Below the pieces are notes generated by a model. It saw only the letters and a list, made by a program, of their open reading frames with translations, did not search any database and was not told the DNA's origin. A stretch of 63,510 bases of DNA, filler included, from Alloascoidea hylecoeti (lineage: Eukaryota), in the NCBI GenBank assembly GCA_001600815.1. It is 6 parts of 6 records of this genome, joined end to end, with 100 filler letters (N's around TTAATTAATTAA, not from the genome) between each part and the next. Parts side by side here need not be neighbours in the genome. Positions count along the whole stretch, not along the records: positions 1 to 13,842 come from BCKZ01000023.1; positions 13,943 to 27,575 come from BCKZ01000026.1; 4 more parts are not named here. One strand, 5' to 3'. Positions within the stretch are counted from its first letter, which is position 1. Each line of letters begins with the position of its first letter. A program made the translations under genes and the position numbers. This document shows positions 11,121 through 22,019 of this stretch, in pieces.

Positions 11121-13617
11121 GTATATAGTGACCAGTATTAAACTACATAAGGTTGTGTTTGCCAAAAACGCAGCCATTAATTATATAATCTTTAGACAGT
11201 GAGACGGTGTAGCTTTAGATGTTTATTACAGTATGTATACGTGCTCTACATAGTAAGAACAACAATGTCACAGCATATGAGTTATATAGTATATGGTACT
11301 ATATGCTGTACAACTAATAGTTATACTAGCCTGCCCTTCCCAGCTTCCCAGTTAACTTTTAAATTTGATGATTTAGTCCTATACGCTGAATTAGTATACC
11401 GGTACAGTTAGGGATTCCCGAATGTATATTATGAATTCTAAATTACTAATACCGATATAATTATAGTTAAAAACCGGTAAACCCTTGAAAATATTTAACT
11501 AAAACGTGTGTATCTCTCTAAGATAATGTGTGACTATTATGATTATTATCAGACTATATACAGTTTTTCCACTTTGATTTCGCCACTTTGTAGATCCGAT
11601 TTCCACACCGTTTGTTCTTATGATTCGGGATGCATAAGATTATGAATTCGTCTTTGGACAAGTTAATATGTAGTCATTACACAGGAACTGATTTAGTCAT
11701 TTATAAGATAATCATTTCGCCATGTATTTGTTACATCTGCGAATTAAGTTCGTCATCTGAATCGACATGCAGCTGGGTTTAAGTTCGGCATTTAATTTGT
11801 TAAAAAACTTTCGTCACATCACGCAGATTGTATTTCGACAAATACTCGAAGGCCCGGGGATTCCCGGGGAGACTACCCTGCCCTTCCCTCCCCATGCATG
11901 TATTTTTGGAGTTAAGTTAATGTAAAGGTGAAGATGGTTCCAGCATACAGGCCTACGAGAAATATAAGACTTGTTTTTGTACTTCTAGATCTGTTATTAC
12001 ATGTAGCTACTGTATACGTAAGATCTATAGCTAGTAATATATTCCAAATGAAATGAAATTAATATCTACCGTATATCATCAACCCTAAAATTTAAATCAT
12101 GATTTCATCCTTATAGAAAAACCACTACACAAATTTTATTTACCAAGAAATTAAGGAAGAAATATTTCAACTATTTTTAATTTAATATTATTTGGAAAGT
12201 ATAGCTATTTACTATACTATATTTCCAACAACTATAAAATAAAAATAATCTTCATATAAACATATTTACATAGCTTTATATAGGCTTATAGAATATATTA
12301 TACAATATTATTCTGAAATCTTCATTTTTCTTAGTTAATTCCTTCTTTTTTGACTCCTTAGAGTCATTAAGCTCAGGGTAAGCAAATATATCACAATATT
12401 CAAGCCTCCTCTTCCTCTTTAATTGATAGTTTTATACTTAAAACTGCAACATCATTTAATTGCTCATGTGTAATCTTCTCATATCTCAATCTCACCCAAA
12501 ACTAATGTTCAATAATCAACCTTTCATATCAATAGCTGTAGCTGAATTTGAAAATCCGATTAGACACCCTTCAATATCATTATCATAAGTATTTATAACC
12601 TTCAAGTATATTTATATTTTAGAATCACCTAATTATAAGAAAATTTAAGCTAAACAGTTCTCGTCGTAATATAAAATTAGTAAACTCGTATATAAATCTG
12701 TTAACTAGTATTTCAATTTCAACAGAGAATGTTGGAATAAAAAGGAGTTCATGGGAAATCATCATTAATATATTCTGGTCAAAATAACAATCATTGTCCG
12801 CCAACTGGAGCAAAATGAAATTTCTAACTAAATTCTTAAGAATCTTCGAAGAGACCACAGCGCTGAAGTTGTTGAAAGTAGAGATCATCTGTATACTGGG
12901 GCCGGTTTCCACGCATGTTCTCAGTTATACGGTTATTATATATCTCTGCTCCATACTCCTCTCGTGTGTTTCTAGCTGACCACCCTTGGTGATAGATTAT
13001 CCAATGTTAATTTCCTAGATCNGCCATTCAGACCCATGTGAGCTAGAGCCAGGTAAAACCTGAAGTGGCTAAGATAAGATATGTGGAACAGCAACCTCTC
13101 ACAACTCATTGAACTCACACATAATGGTTTACTTTTCTCCTCCCTATGGCATTTAAAAAGTCGGACCTATCTTCTTAGATATAAGTCACATGTCATCAAC
13201 CATAGCCTGCAATTCGCTCTCACTTGTGCTGATTATCTAAAGTATGTTCCAATTACTTTCAATCTTGTAACTTATATGATAATCTTTTGCCTTTACAATT
13301 TTACAATACCAATACCACTGCTTTCGTTGGACTAAGCTTACATTTATTTCATTGGAGTAACATTTAAATTAAAAATCAAAGTTCAGGAGAAAGATCTGTG
13401 CTTGTTAAGATTTACTTTTATAATGGTTATAGTATTAAGCAAAGTTTTTGATGATTTAATTAACTTTGATTTCTTACAAGTTTGGTATTATCTACATCCA
13501 GTTTAAACTTATAAAACAACAATGTTATGATAACTTTACTGACAGTTAAAAAGGACCACATATCTAATTATTATATTCTAAAATGGTATGGGAGCCAATT
13601 ATCTTTTAATAAGTACT

Positions 13618-13842
13618 TGTTGGGTTATGGGCTCATCAGTGGCGATGTCCTTGAATTGTTTCGGAGGCATAGTTGGTAATAAATTTATATTATAAAGAAC
13701 GTGTGTTTTCTAAANCTAANNAATGTGGCAACTCGCTAATATATAAGGGAAATGAAGATCTTCATAAATATCACCCCATATATATGAAACTATGTAATAA
13801 CAAAAACTATTCTAATTTAATTATATAACTATATATCCAATA
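13618..13842 (-). mobile_element. Copia-type LTR (family D), ends at spacer
   Basis: Near-identical to 29627-29848, which abuts a PPT and RNase H. Plus-strand ends are TGTTGG...CCAATA. The adjacent ~13540-13600 minus strand resembles a copia integrase LE..D(I)CGPF relic. Confidence 0.8.
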
Positions 13843-13942
13843 NNNNNNNNNNNNNNNNNNNNNNNNNNNNNNNNNNNNNNNNNNNNTTAATTAATTAANN
13901 NNNNNNNNNNNNNNNNNNNNNNNNNNNNNNNNNNNNNNNNNN
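13843..13942. other. Artificial contig spacer
   Basis: N44-TTAATTAATTAA-N44, with stop codons in all six frames. Confidence 0.97.
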
Positions 13943-14065
13943 TGCATTAAAGTATCGGTAACTAGTAACCAGACCAAGAAAAAAAGATAAGATACCCATA
14001 AAATATTTCTTTAAAATTTGAGATTTGGTCTATTGCCTACTATATTTATATAGCATTGGTGGAAA

Positions 14066-15050
14066 ATGGATAAGATTCAAGCCTTGGTTGATTTTGGATT
14101 TACGTCAGTCAATAACACCACAAACTCTTCGTGGAGGACGGCCCTTTCTGGTGTTTCTGGTTCGACGAGGTAAGTGTTATTCTCTTTTGTTGTTTCTTGT
14201 ATTTATAAATATTAATTTCTTCTTGAATAGTTTGTCTTGTTGGATTGTTTTGTTACTTCCGCAGCTCATCGAGCAATGGAGACTACAGAGTGCTGAAGGA
14301 ATATCTATAATATTCATTTCAATTTGGTTTCTTGGGGATCTGGCTAACCTTATTGGTTCTATTTGGGCCAACCTGTTACCTCAAGTTGTTTTTCTGGCTG
14401 TATGGTTTTGTATTGCCGATGGATTGATGATTGGTTCTTACATTTACTATACTTATGGTCTTCCATCGAAAAAGACACACATCATTTCTCATCAAGATGG
14501 CCACATTGGTTCAGAAACCGACCCTTTGGTGAGCAGACGAAGATCAAGAAATTCTCGATCTTCTCATGGACCCGGAAGACGAGACTCATTAGCATCGATT
14601 GTTGATAAACCCTCGTTTACCGACTCGCCATTTACGCGATATGTTCTTCCTGTCTCCTTTGTTATTATATGTGGAACTGTTGGGTATTTCATTTCCTCGG
14701 GCCAGGAAGAAAGTTCTGACCCAGAACCAAATAAACCTATTCAAATTGGTCCTCAGATTTTAGGATACATATCTGCTGCTTTATATCTTGGTGCCCGTAT
14801 TCCACAAATCATTCAAAACCATCAAAAGAAATCTGTTCATGGTCTCTCCCTTTTGTTTTTTATCTTTTCGACATTTGGAAATCTAACATACGCTGGTCAA
14901 ATTTTGTTTTACAGTACTGAGCCTGAATACATTATTTTGAATCTGTCTTGGCTGTTGGGCTCGTTAGGAACAATATTTGAAGATAGTATCATTTTCTTGC
15001 AATTTTTCATTTACAAAGATAATAGTAGAGATGGTGTTATTACGGAATAA
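14066..15050 (+). CDS. PQ-loop vacuolar cationic amino-acid transporter (Ypq/Rtc2-like); intron 14170-14230
   Basis: ATG at 14066 gives MDKIQ...ALSGVSGSTS; a GTAAGT..TAG intron joins it to LSCWIVLLLPQLIE. Second PQ motif is YLGARIPQIIQN; also WLLGSLGTIFED. Confidence 0.9.
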
Positions 15051-15842
15051 TAGATTATAAAATATAAATACAAACCAACTGANAGATTTTGAATTATTTT
15101 GTTTTGCTGATTGATATAATTATGCTCTCTATATTTAACCTATAATATAAATGTAGAACTATTGACGTTTAAAACTTTTGCTTGATGAAAAGTATACGTA
15201 TTACGTAGTTATAGGTTGTATCTGTCTTTTATCCAACAACACACTTTAAACCTACCACTTCAAAGTCCAACCCAAAATTATATAATAATGAGCGCAAAAA
15301 CATATATATATTTTGTTTCCTTAATATCTAGAGATGTGAGTTAACCAGTTTATATATTTTGACTATCAATGAAACTAATAATCATTATAAGAATCGTCCT
15401 TTACATATCCAATCATCTCTTGACTACGAGAAACAACCTACAGAACCAACACAACCAGTCCCAAAAAAAGAGTCCGCTCCAGTTCGGTCATTTTAGTCTC
15501 CAGAACTATTATTAACGATTGATCCCCATGTTTAGTTCCAAACGCGGTTTTTCTAAAATATTAGAAAAAGGGTAATACTTAATAATATATTGCAAATGTT
15601 TTGAATTCATATGATACCTCCGATAAATTTAAACAGACCATCAACTTATTTTTCTTTCACAAATGATCCATTCCGATTCATCTATGCTTAAGCTTGCTTG
15701 CTTCAACATGAGTTTCGTGATACAATCAAAGTTCTGCTCCAGAAGTTCTATCTAGGAACCTCTTTTTTTTTTATGAAAGTTATAATCACGATGAATGGAT
15801 TTCATGATAAGGAGATTTTACAGTTGTCGTACTAGTGAACTC

Positions 15843-15985
15843 CCAATTGAGCACATGTGGAACCTCCTCAAAAAAGATGATCACATGACAGAAATTGCGT
15901 TTATAATCTCAATTCTGCACTGGAGATAAACCTTTTGAGGAGATTCCACATGTGCTCAATTGGATTCAGGTAGGAGTACTATGTA
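15843..15985. mobile_element. Tc1/mariner (IS630-like) transposase relic folded back on itself
   Basis: 15843-15873 and 15933-15963 are reverse complements (30/31). Minus copy reads YSYLNPIEHMWNLLKR and plus copy PIEHMWNLLKK, matching the Tc1 SPDLNPIExxW motif. Confidence 0.75.
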
Positions 15986-16473
15986 AAAAAGAGCTTGAGT
16001 TACCCGGCTCTAATTAAAACTAATTCGATATGATAGATCTTGTTAAAAAGAAGAATAGTTCTAAAAAGAAGATTTACTTTAAATTTTAATTTTTGTTTAC
16101 CCCTGGACTAGGTATTAGAAGATGAAGAAGAATGGACACTTGTTTATCGTAAATGGCAAAAAGTTTAGATCCATCTCGAATATAATTATTACTGGTTAGT
16201 TGCGTATTATATATAGTTGATGTAAGTATATCTTAAAAACAAAAGATATTACAAGTTGGTCAAAAACATCATAAAAACCGTAATTATAATTACTTCAATT
16301 TAGAAAAAATAACATTCCCCATCCATTTTATTCATATATATATATATAATTATATTAATATTCCTCCTTTTAAAAACTCAAAAACATAATACNAATTGTG
16401 AAACATAAAGTTATAAAAAAACATAATGTAAAAAGACATAAAAAAAAGTTATAGANGTATTCAGAGATAATTA

Positions 16474-19400
16474 CTAACGTGAAGGGTATAAAAAGCTACT
16501 AAATATATCACAACCACTATCAACAATGTGACTTTCATTTGTTTGCATACTCATTGCTGTGATAGGTATAGATTTAGTAATTCCTTCACTTTTATTGTTC
16601 ACTTTAATACCTAAGGTTGATCCAACAGTTGATACAAAAGAATTTGAAATATCAGAGTCTTCAGTTAAATCCGTTCTTTCAGTTGTTATTGTAGTTACTG
16701 AACCAGAACTTAATGACGACATGCTATCAATTGTTATATTCGAATTATTCCTTTTTATATTTTGTGTTGACATAGATGGTACTGACATTGGTCTTGCAGA
16801 TGTAACAGGATGATAATTAATGGCCGTATTCGGTGATGGAGTATTATCATTCATATGTGTCATTTGTGATTGTAATATTGGCCCAGATGANGANCTTAAT
16901 GAATTATTCATATTATGATAATAATGTGAGCCTAAATTGAAAAGGTTTGAAACATCTAAATCATTAAATGTTAATCCAACANCAAAATCAATCTGTGCAC
17001 GCGATAATTTTGAATTATCATTTCTATTTCCATTTCCTTTATTGATTTTATTTTCATTGATATTTATATTTGATTCAGTTAAAGAATCTAAAAATAATAA
17101 ATCATTAATTGCATCAGATTCTCCTAAATTTAAATCCGTTTTTTTGACTTTATTAACTTTTTTTTTAAATGGGATTCTAAAATTAACAAATTCTGAATTA
17201 TTATTATAATTATTAAAATTATCAAAATTATTAAAGTGATCATTATGAGCGTTATCATTGTCTTTTGAAGAATCAATTGTGGATTTTGAACTTAGAGTTT
17301 CTTTATTATTATTAATTATTGTGGAAGGGCTTTTGCTCTCTTCCTTAATTTCATTTGAATTTAAATTTGATTTATTTTCTTTTAATGAATTAACATTTAA
17401 ATGTGATTTTCTCTTCTTTTTTTCAATAATAGTACCAATATTTAAATTTGCAAACTTTTTTGAATTTGATAAACCAAGCATTAATAAATTATCAAATAAA
17501 TTTAAACATTTTTCAAAACATTTTAAAGATATACTACCCGGAACTTTAAGGTTTGAATTAGAGTTTAAGTTATCATTATTATCTTTATTGTTGATCATTG
17601 TTAAAGTTGGTTTAAAATAAATATTCCATATAAATTCTAAATTTTTATTAATAATCTTTTTAACTTCTTGTAATAAGGCACCAGTTTTTGAATAATCTAT
17701 TGCACTGAAAGTGATTAATAAACACATTAATAAATTAATTTTACATGGATTTAATGGTAAGGTAGTTGTTACTTGGCGTACTGAAAGGTAATTTACAACA
17801 TGTATAAAAGATTTTGCATGCTGTGAAATTGCAACATAAGAAGAAGAACCACGGATTGTTTTTGTGAAAGATTTATTTGAGATCTTGGGAGAAACTTGAG
17901 GTAAATGAATCATTATAAAAGCATAATGATATAATAAAGATAATAAAGGAGCTTTTTGATGTGTCGTAGAGAAGTCACCACCATTACCAGCTGATGGCAT
18001 ACCATTAATTAGTTCGAACTTTAAAGATGGATGTAAATCTTTTCTCCAAGATTCTAATTTATCTTCCAATCGAATTATAGATTGAAAAGTATATAAAGAG
18101 GCATTTGAATTTGTATGAGCAATATCTATTATTTCAGCTAAAATTTTAGAAAATTGGAAAAATTGTTCTTCATATGAATTTTTCTTTTTTTCATCTTCAT
18201 GTTCGTCTTCATTTTCTATCTTCATTTCATCTTCTTGTTCACGTTTGACACGAGAGTTGTGAGGTAGTTCGCATGATACACTATTATCATTAATTAAACG
18301 TGGACAACCAAGAATTGCAGAAGAAAAGCAATCTAATGAATAAACAATATGAAATAAACTCCTCCTTTGATTTTTTTCATTTGCTGATAATGGTTCAGTT
18401 TGCATTGAAGTAGAATTTACTTCCTTTAAAAGTAAGTTTGGACATTTATAAAGACCTAATTGTTGCATCATATTAACCGTTTTAATTCTATAATTCCAAA
18501 TCATCGTATGATTACCAGTGAATTGGAAATATAATTGTAATAAAATGAGTAGTTGTAAAGAATCAATTGATGGATTATTATCAATTTTTAGGGTTAAATT
18601 ATCTAATAATTTAAACCATTGCTTTTCATATAAATGAACATGACTTGATGGCACAGAGTTTGATTTATTTACAAGGCAACCAAGAGATATCACAATGAAT
18701 AATTGTAAAGCAAAAGTATCATATTGAAGATTATCATTTTGTAATTGATTTAAATTTAATACATTATTAGTATCATCTAATAAATTAATAAAATGTGAAT
18801 ATTTTTTTAAAAATTCAGATTCATCAAATATTGAGAAACAAGACGCCCATTCTTGAAAATAGATTGTTATTAGTTGGTCCATTATTAATCTTGGTGGAAA
18901 TGTATATGCATTTGCATTAATATTGCAATTATATTCGGAGGGGCTATGTGCCTTTGCATTTGCATTTGCATTTGCAGCATTATTAAAATTAGACACAGAT
19001 TCAGAATTAGAATCCTGAACAGAAAAAAAAATTCCCAGAACATTCGTATCGCCCTTAATAGAATTTTTTTGAGCTATTTTATGCTGAAATAATTCCATAA
19101 AAGAATATCCAGTAGATGAGCCGCGAAGAGTGCCATTCGGAGATAAAATAACAGGATGATCATTACGCATATCCTCCGAAGCTATTTCTGGTTTTATGAA
19201 AGAAGAGTCACAATTTGGACAAGAGTTTTGTGTATTTGGAGAAGAAGATGAATGGCCATAATCATCTATTTTGCTTAATAGTTCCATTTGTTCTTCCTTA
19301 ATGTCCAAAAGACCCAATAATTTGTGATTATCAGACTCCAACTGTCTTATTCTTTCTTCCAGAGATTCCGTATAACCACGAGGATAAGCTCTTCTGGAAA

Positions 19401-19569
19401 GCCTATCGGTTGTTTTACAGTCCATTCCGGCATTACAACAGTTTGTACAAGGTCTTCTTCCATCACATTTTATTTTCTTTGATCGACAGCGATCGCATGC
19501 CTGGGAAACTCTGTCTGAATGAGCTCCTGGTGGTTTGATGAGTTTCCACGCCTGGGCTCCGTCTGGCAT
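16474..19569 (-). CDS. CAT8: Zn2Cys6 gluconeogenic activator, Cat8/Sip4/FacB family
   Basis: RVSQACDRCRSKKIKCDGRRPCTNC..CKTTDRLSRRAYPRGYTESLEERIRQLE, plus a fungal TF middle region (RRSLFHIVYSLDCFSSAILGCPRLI). Cat8 vs Sip4 is not fully resolved. Confidence 0.85.
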   Translation of the reverse strand: MPDGAQAWKLIKPPGAHSDRVSQACDRCRSKKIKCDGRRPCTNCCNAGMDCKTTDRLSRRAYPRGYTESLEERIRQLESDNHKLLGLLDIKEEQMELLSKIDDYGHSSSSPNTQNSCPNCDSSFIKPEIASEDMRNDHPVILSPNGTLRGSSTGYSFMELFQHKIAQKNSIKGDTNVLGIFFSVQDSNSESVSNFNNAANANANAKAHSPSEYNCNINANAYTFPPRLIMDQLITIYFQEWASCFSIFDESEFLKKYSHFINLLDDTNNVLNLNQLQNDNLQYDTFALQLFIVISLGCLVNKSNSVPSSHVHLYEKQWFKLLDNLTLKIDNNPSIDSLQLLILLQLYFQFTGNHTMIWNYRIKTVNMMQQLGLYKCPNLLLKEVNSTSMQTEPLSANEKNQRRSLFHIVYSLDCFSSAILGCPRLINDNSVSCELPHNSRVKREQEDEMKIENEDEHEDEKKKNSYEEQFFQFSKILAEIIDIAHTNSNASLYTFQSIIRLEDKLESWRKDLHPSLKFELINGMPSAGNGGDFSTTHQKAPLLSLLYHYAFIMIHLPQVSPKISNKSFTKTIRGSSSYVAISQHAKSFIHVVNYLSVRQVTTTLPLNPCKINLLMCLLITFSAIDYSKTGALLQEVKKIINKNLEFIWNIYFKPTLTMINNKDNNDNLNSNSNLKVPGSISLKCFEKCLNLFDNLLMLGLSNSKKFANLNIGTIIEKKKRKSHLNVNSLKENKSNLNSNEIKEESKSPSTIINNNKETLSSKSTIDSSKDNDNAHNDHFNNFDNFNNYNNNSEFVNFRIPFKKKVNKVKKTDLNLGESDAINDLLFLDSLTESNININENKINKGNGNRNDNSKLSRAQIDFXVGLTFNDLDVSNLFNLGSHYYHNMNNSLXXSSGPILQSQMTHMNDNTPSPNTAINYHPVTSARPMSVPSMSTQNIKRNNSNITIDSMSSLSSGSVTTITTERTDLTEDSDISNSFVSTVGSTLGIKVNNKSEGITKSIPITAMSMQTNESHIVDSGCDIFSSFLYPSR

Positions 19570-19650
19570 TTTGAAGATACTGAAGAAAGAAGATCAGGAG
19601 GTGAAGAATCTTTAAATAGGTCCGCCAGCCAATCAACTCCCATCAGTACG

Positions 19651-19680
19651 ATCATTCAGCCGTGGTGGGGAAATCCGGGG
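19651..19680. promoter_or_regulatory. Mig1/CreA-type GC boxes and CSRE-like site upstream of the CAT8-like gene
   Basis: GTGGGG at 19665-19670, AAAT-CCGGGG ending 19680, and ATCATTCAGCCG (10/12 to YCCRTTNRNCCG), in a short GC-richer intergenic gap. Confidence 0.45.
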
Positions 19681-19811
19681 TGCATGCATACTACAGGACC
19701 CTGCGCAAACACCCAATCCGCCAATGAAAACCACAAACACAACCCTTTTGTGTGACTCAACCCCGAACTCTGCACTTTGTATATATTTATATTATGAATT
19801 ATTTGATTTAT

Positions 19812-21906
19812 CTATTCTGTATATGCATTTCGGACCTTCACGTGACGCCGCTTCTTATTGTGTTTTTTTGAGGTGGAAGCTGCACCGGCTAAGTGTTTCG
19901 GCTTCTTTTGCACTCCGCGGAACCCTCCCATCGAGAAAAACTCTTTATCCAGCTCAGATCCTAAACTTTCATCCTTTTTATCGTATAAAAAATCCCCGTC
20001 CGTTGTTGCGCCAACCCGGTGCTGACTGAATGTAAGCTTTGCCAAGTCTGAAGATAAATCAATGTCTTCCACCCGCACACCTTTTTCAGCTGCTGCCTGT
20101 CTAATTTGTTCTTTCCTGCTGTCGTCCAAATGACTGAAGTCATACAACTGTTTGTTAAACTCAGATGTGCTCTTTTCATACGAAGGCGGTGGAGCGCAAT
20201 GTAACAGCTTACCATTCACATAATCTTTCAGAATAACTCGCGCTGCTCTAGATTCGTCTGGTGCCCCGAATCCTGATCTCATAAATCCTCGGGCCCGTGC
20301 ATAAGTTGATAGTAACTGTTCCGCATTAGGTCGTTCTTGTGCAAAGCCAGACATTGTATCAATTGATTTCATGGTATTGATCGTTATACCGTAAATAGCT
20401 TCCAAGAAAAATTTAGGAATCCTTTGACACACAAGTTCGGTTGGCCCTGTATGTTCACGAAGTTGATCAATCGGTAAAATCCCATTACATACTAATTCAG
20501 CATCAGTAGAAGAGAAATTTGGAAAGACTAAACCTGGACAATCACATAATGTTATGGTTGGTGTTAGAAGAATTGTTTGGAAATGTTTGGTTTTACCAGG
20601 TGTGGCTGAAACTGAAACTTTTTTGGACCCAATAAGTGCATTAATTGTTGATGATTTACCAACATTTGGATATCCAACTAATCCAATCTCAAGCTTTTGT
20701 CCTTCACCTCTTTTTGGTGCTTCACTAATGAAAAGATTTTCCAAATCTCCAATAGATAATATTCTAGTATCTTCATCATCTTCTTCTTCTTCTTCTTCAT
20801 CTCTTACATCTCTTTTAGATTTATCTTCAAACTCACTTTCATTCTCTTCTTCTAATTTCTTATTAGCAATCTTAGCGCTGAAAAATACAAATCTAACACC
20901 TTGTTCTTTTAAAAAATCAGACCAAATCTTTCTTTGTTCTTTAGTTAAATAATCAGATTTATTAATTAATAATAAATTCTTCTTTTCATTTTCAATTGTT
21001 GAATTCTCCAAAACATATTTATCCAAATCCTTACATCTGAAAAACCATGGATTTCTTGCATCAACAATTTGAACAATTAATTGAGATCTTTCAACAACTC
21101 TCCATAATTGCCTCCAAATTTCTAAATTCCTTTCAAATGGTGTTAATAATAATGGATTATTGGCCGGTGATTTCATACCATTAATTGTTCCTTCTTGTAA
21201 TAATGCTAATCCTCTTCTCCAATTTATAAATGATTCAGATTCTTTGCTTTGTAATTCTTTTGCACTCATGCTTTTAGTCCATGCTGGACGACGAGGAATT
21301 GTTAATAATGATTCAAATTTAGAGTGTAATGTTAATAATTTTAATTCTTCTTCCGGTGAAAGAAGAAATATATTTTGTGCTGGTTGAGATTTATTAGACG
21401 CAACTGCTGAATTAATTTGAGATCTAGTAACTCCTTCACCTTCTTCTTCATTTTCTTCATTTTCTTCATCTGCATCTGCATCTGCATCTTCACCTTCTTC
21501 TTCTGCTCTTTGTAATTGTTGTTTTTTAGGTCCCAAAATTCTAATCTGTCTACTTCTTTCAGTCTCAAAATCAACCTGTTGCATCTCAACATGGTTTAAA
21601 AATTCATTTATTGCAGTTTCATGAGTAACACTATCTTTACCATAATCTCCTCCAATTAATCCTCTATTTGTTTTTTCATCTTCGTTCGCAAATCTAATCT
21701 CTCCATCAGGTAATCGACGAACTTGATTCTTCTTCAATTTAGAATTTATTAGCCCTTTACCTAATCCAACAGTATTGTTATTTTTGGTTTTGTGTGTTGG
21801 TTTAGGACCCTTAGGCTGCTGCCATTTACCATTGACCATAGGCTATCGAAAGTTAGCATGTAATTATAATATATCTTTTCATATCATAAAATCAAAAACT
21901 TACCAT
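19812..21906 (-). CDS. LSG1: Large-subunit GTPase Lsg1; ATG-only first exon, intron 21843-21903
   Basis: IPRRPAW, TPFERNLEIWRQLWRVVERS, NKSD, GYPNVGKSS, TPGKTKHFQT, DCPGLVFP. ATG|GTAAGT...GCTAAC..TAG|CCT gives MPMVNGKW. Confidence 0.97.
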
Positions 21907-21995
21907 CTTTTTATAATTTGTTATGTATAAAAATAGTTTGGTGATTCAATAAATTTTGATCAAACAATTTTCTACTTATTTTTTCCTCTGATGAT

Positions 21996-22019
21996 TTACC
22001 CGGCTTTGAATATCACGTG
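21996..22019. promoter_or_regulatory. Reb1-like (TTACCCGG) plus Cbf1-like (TCACGTGA) sites in the LSG1 promoter
   Basis: TTACCCGG at 21996-22003 and CACGTG at 22014-22019. The same pairing occurs upstream of PEP12 (CACGTG 9479, CCGGGTAA 9520). Confidence 0.55.

Noticed and set aside
11851..11895. GC-rich palindrome GGCCCGGGGATTCCCGGGG and adjacent C-rich tract
   Set aside because: Short and isolated, with no gene, repeat or RNA structure to support a function.
13623..13635. GGTTATGGGCTCA resembling a copia/Ty5 half-tRNA primer-binding site
   Set aside because: It lies inside the LTR, whose orientation is fixed as minus by the PPT and RNase H at 29849-29990, so it is not positioned as a PBS.
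13843..13942. TTAATTAATTAA palindrome recurring five times within N runs
   Set aside because: Artificial six-frame-stop linker between contigs, not biological. It also creates the false end of ORF 27624..28631.
14025..14230. N-terminus of the 341-aa ORF as given in the ORF track
   Set aside because: It reads through an intron from a non-ATG start. The spliced model from ATG 14066 restores the family-typical N-terminus.
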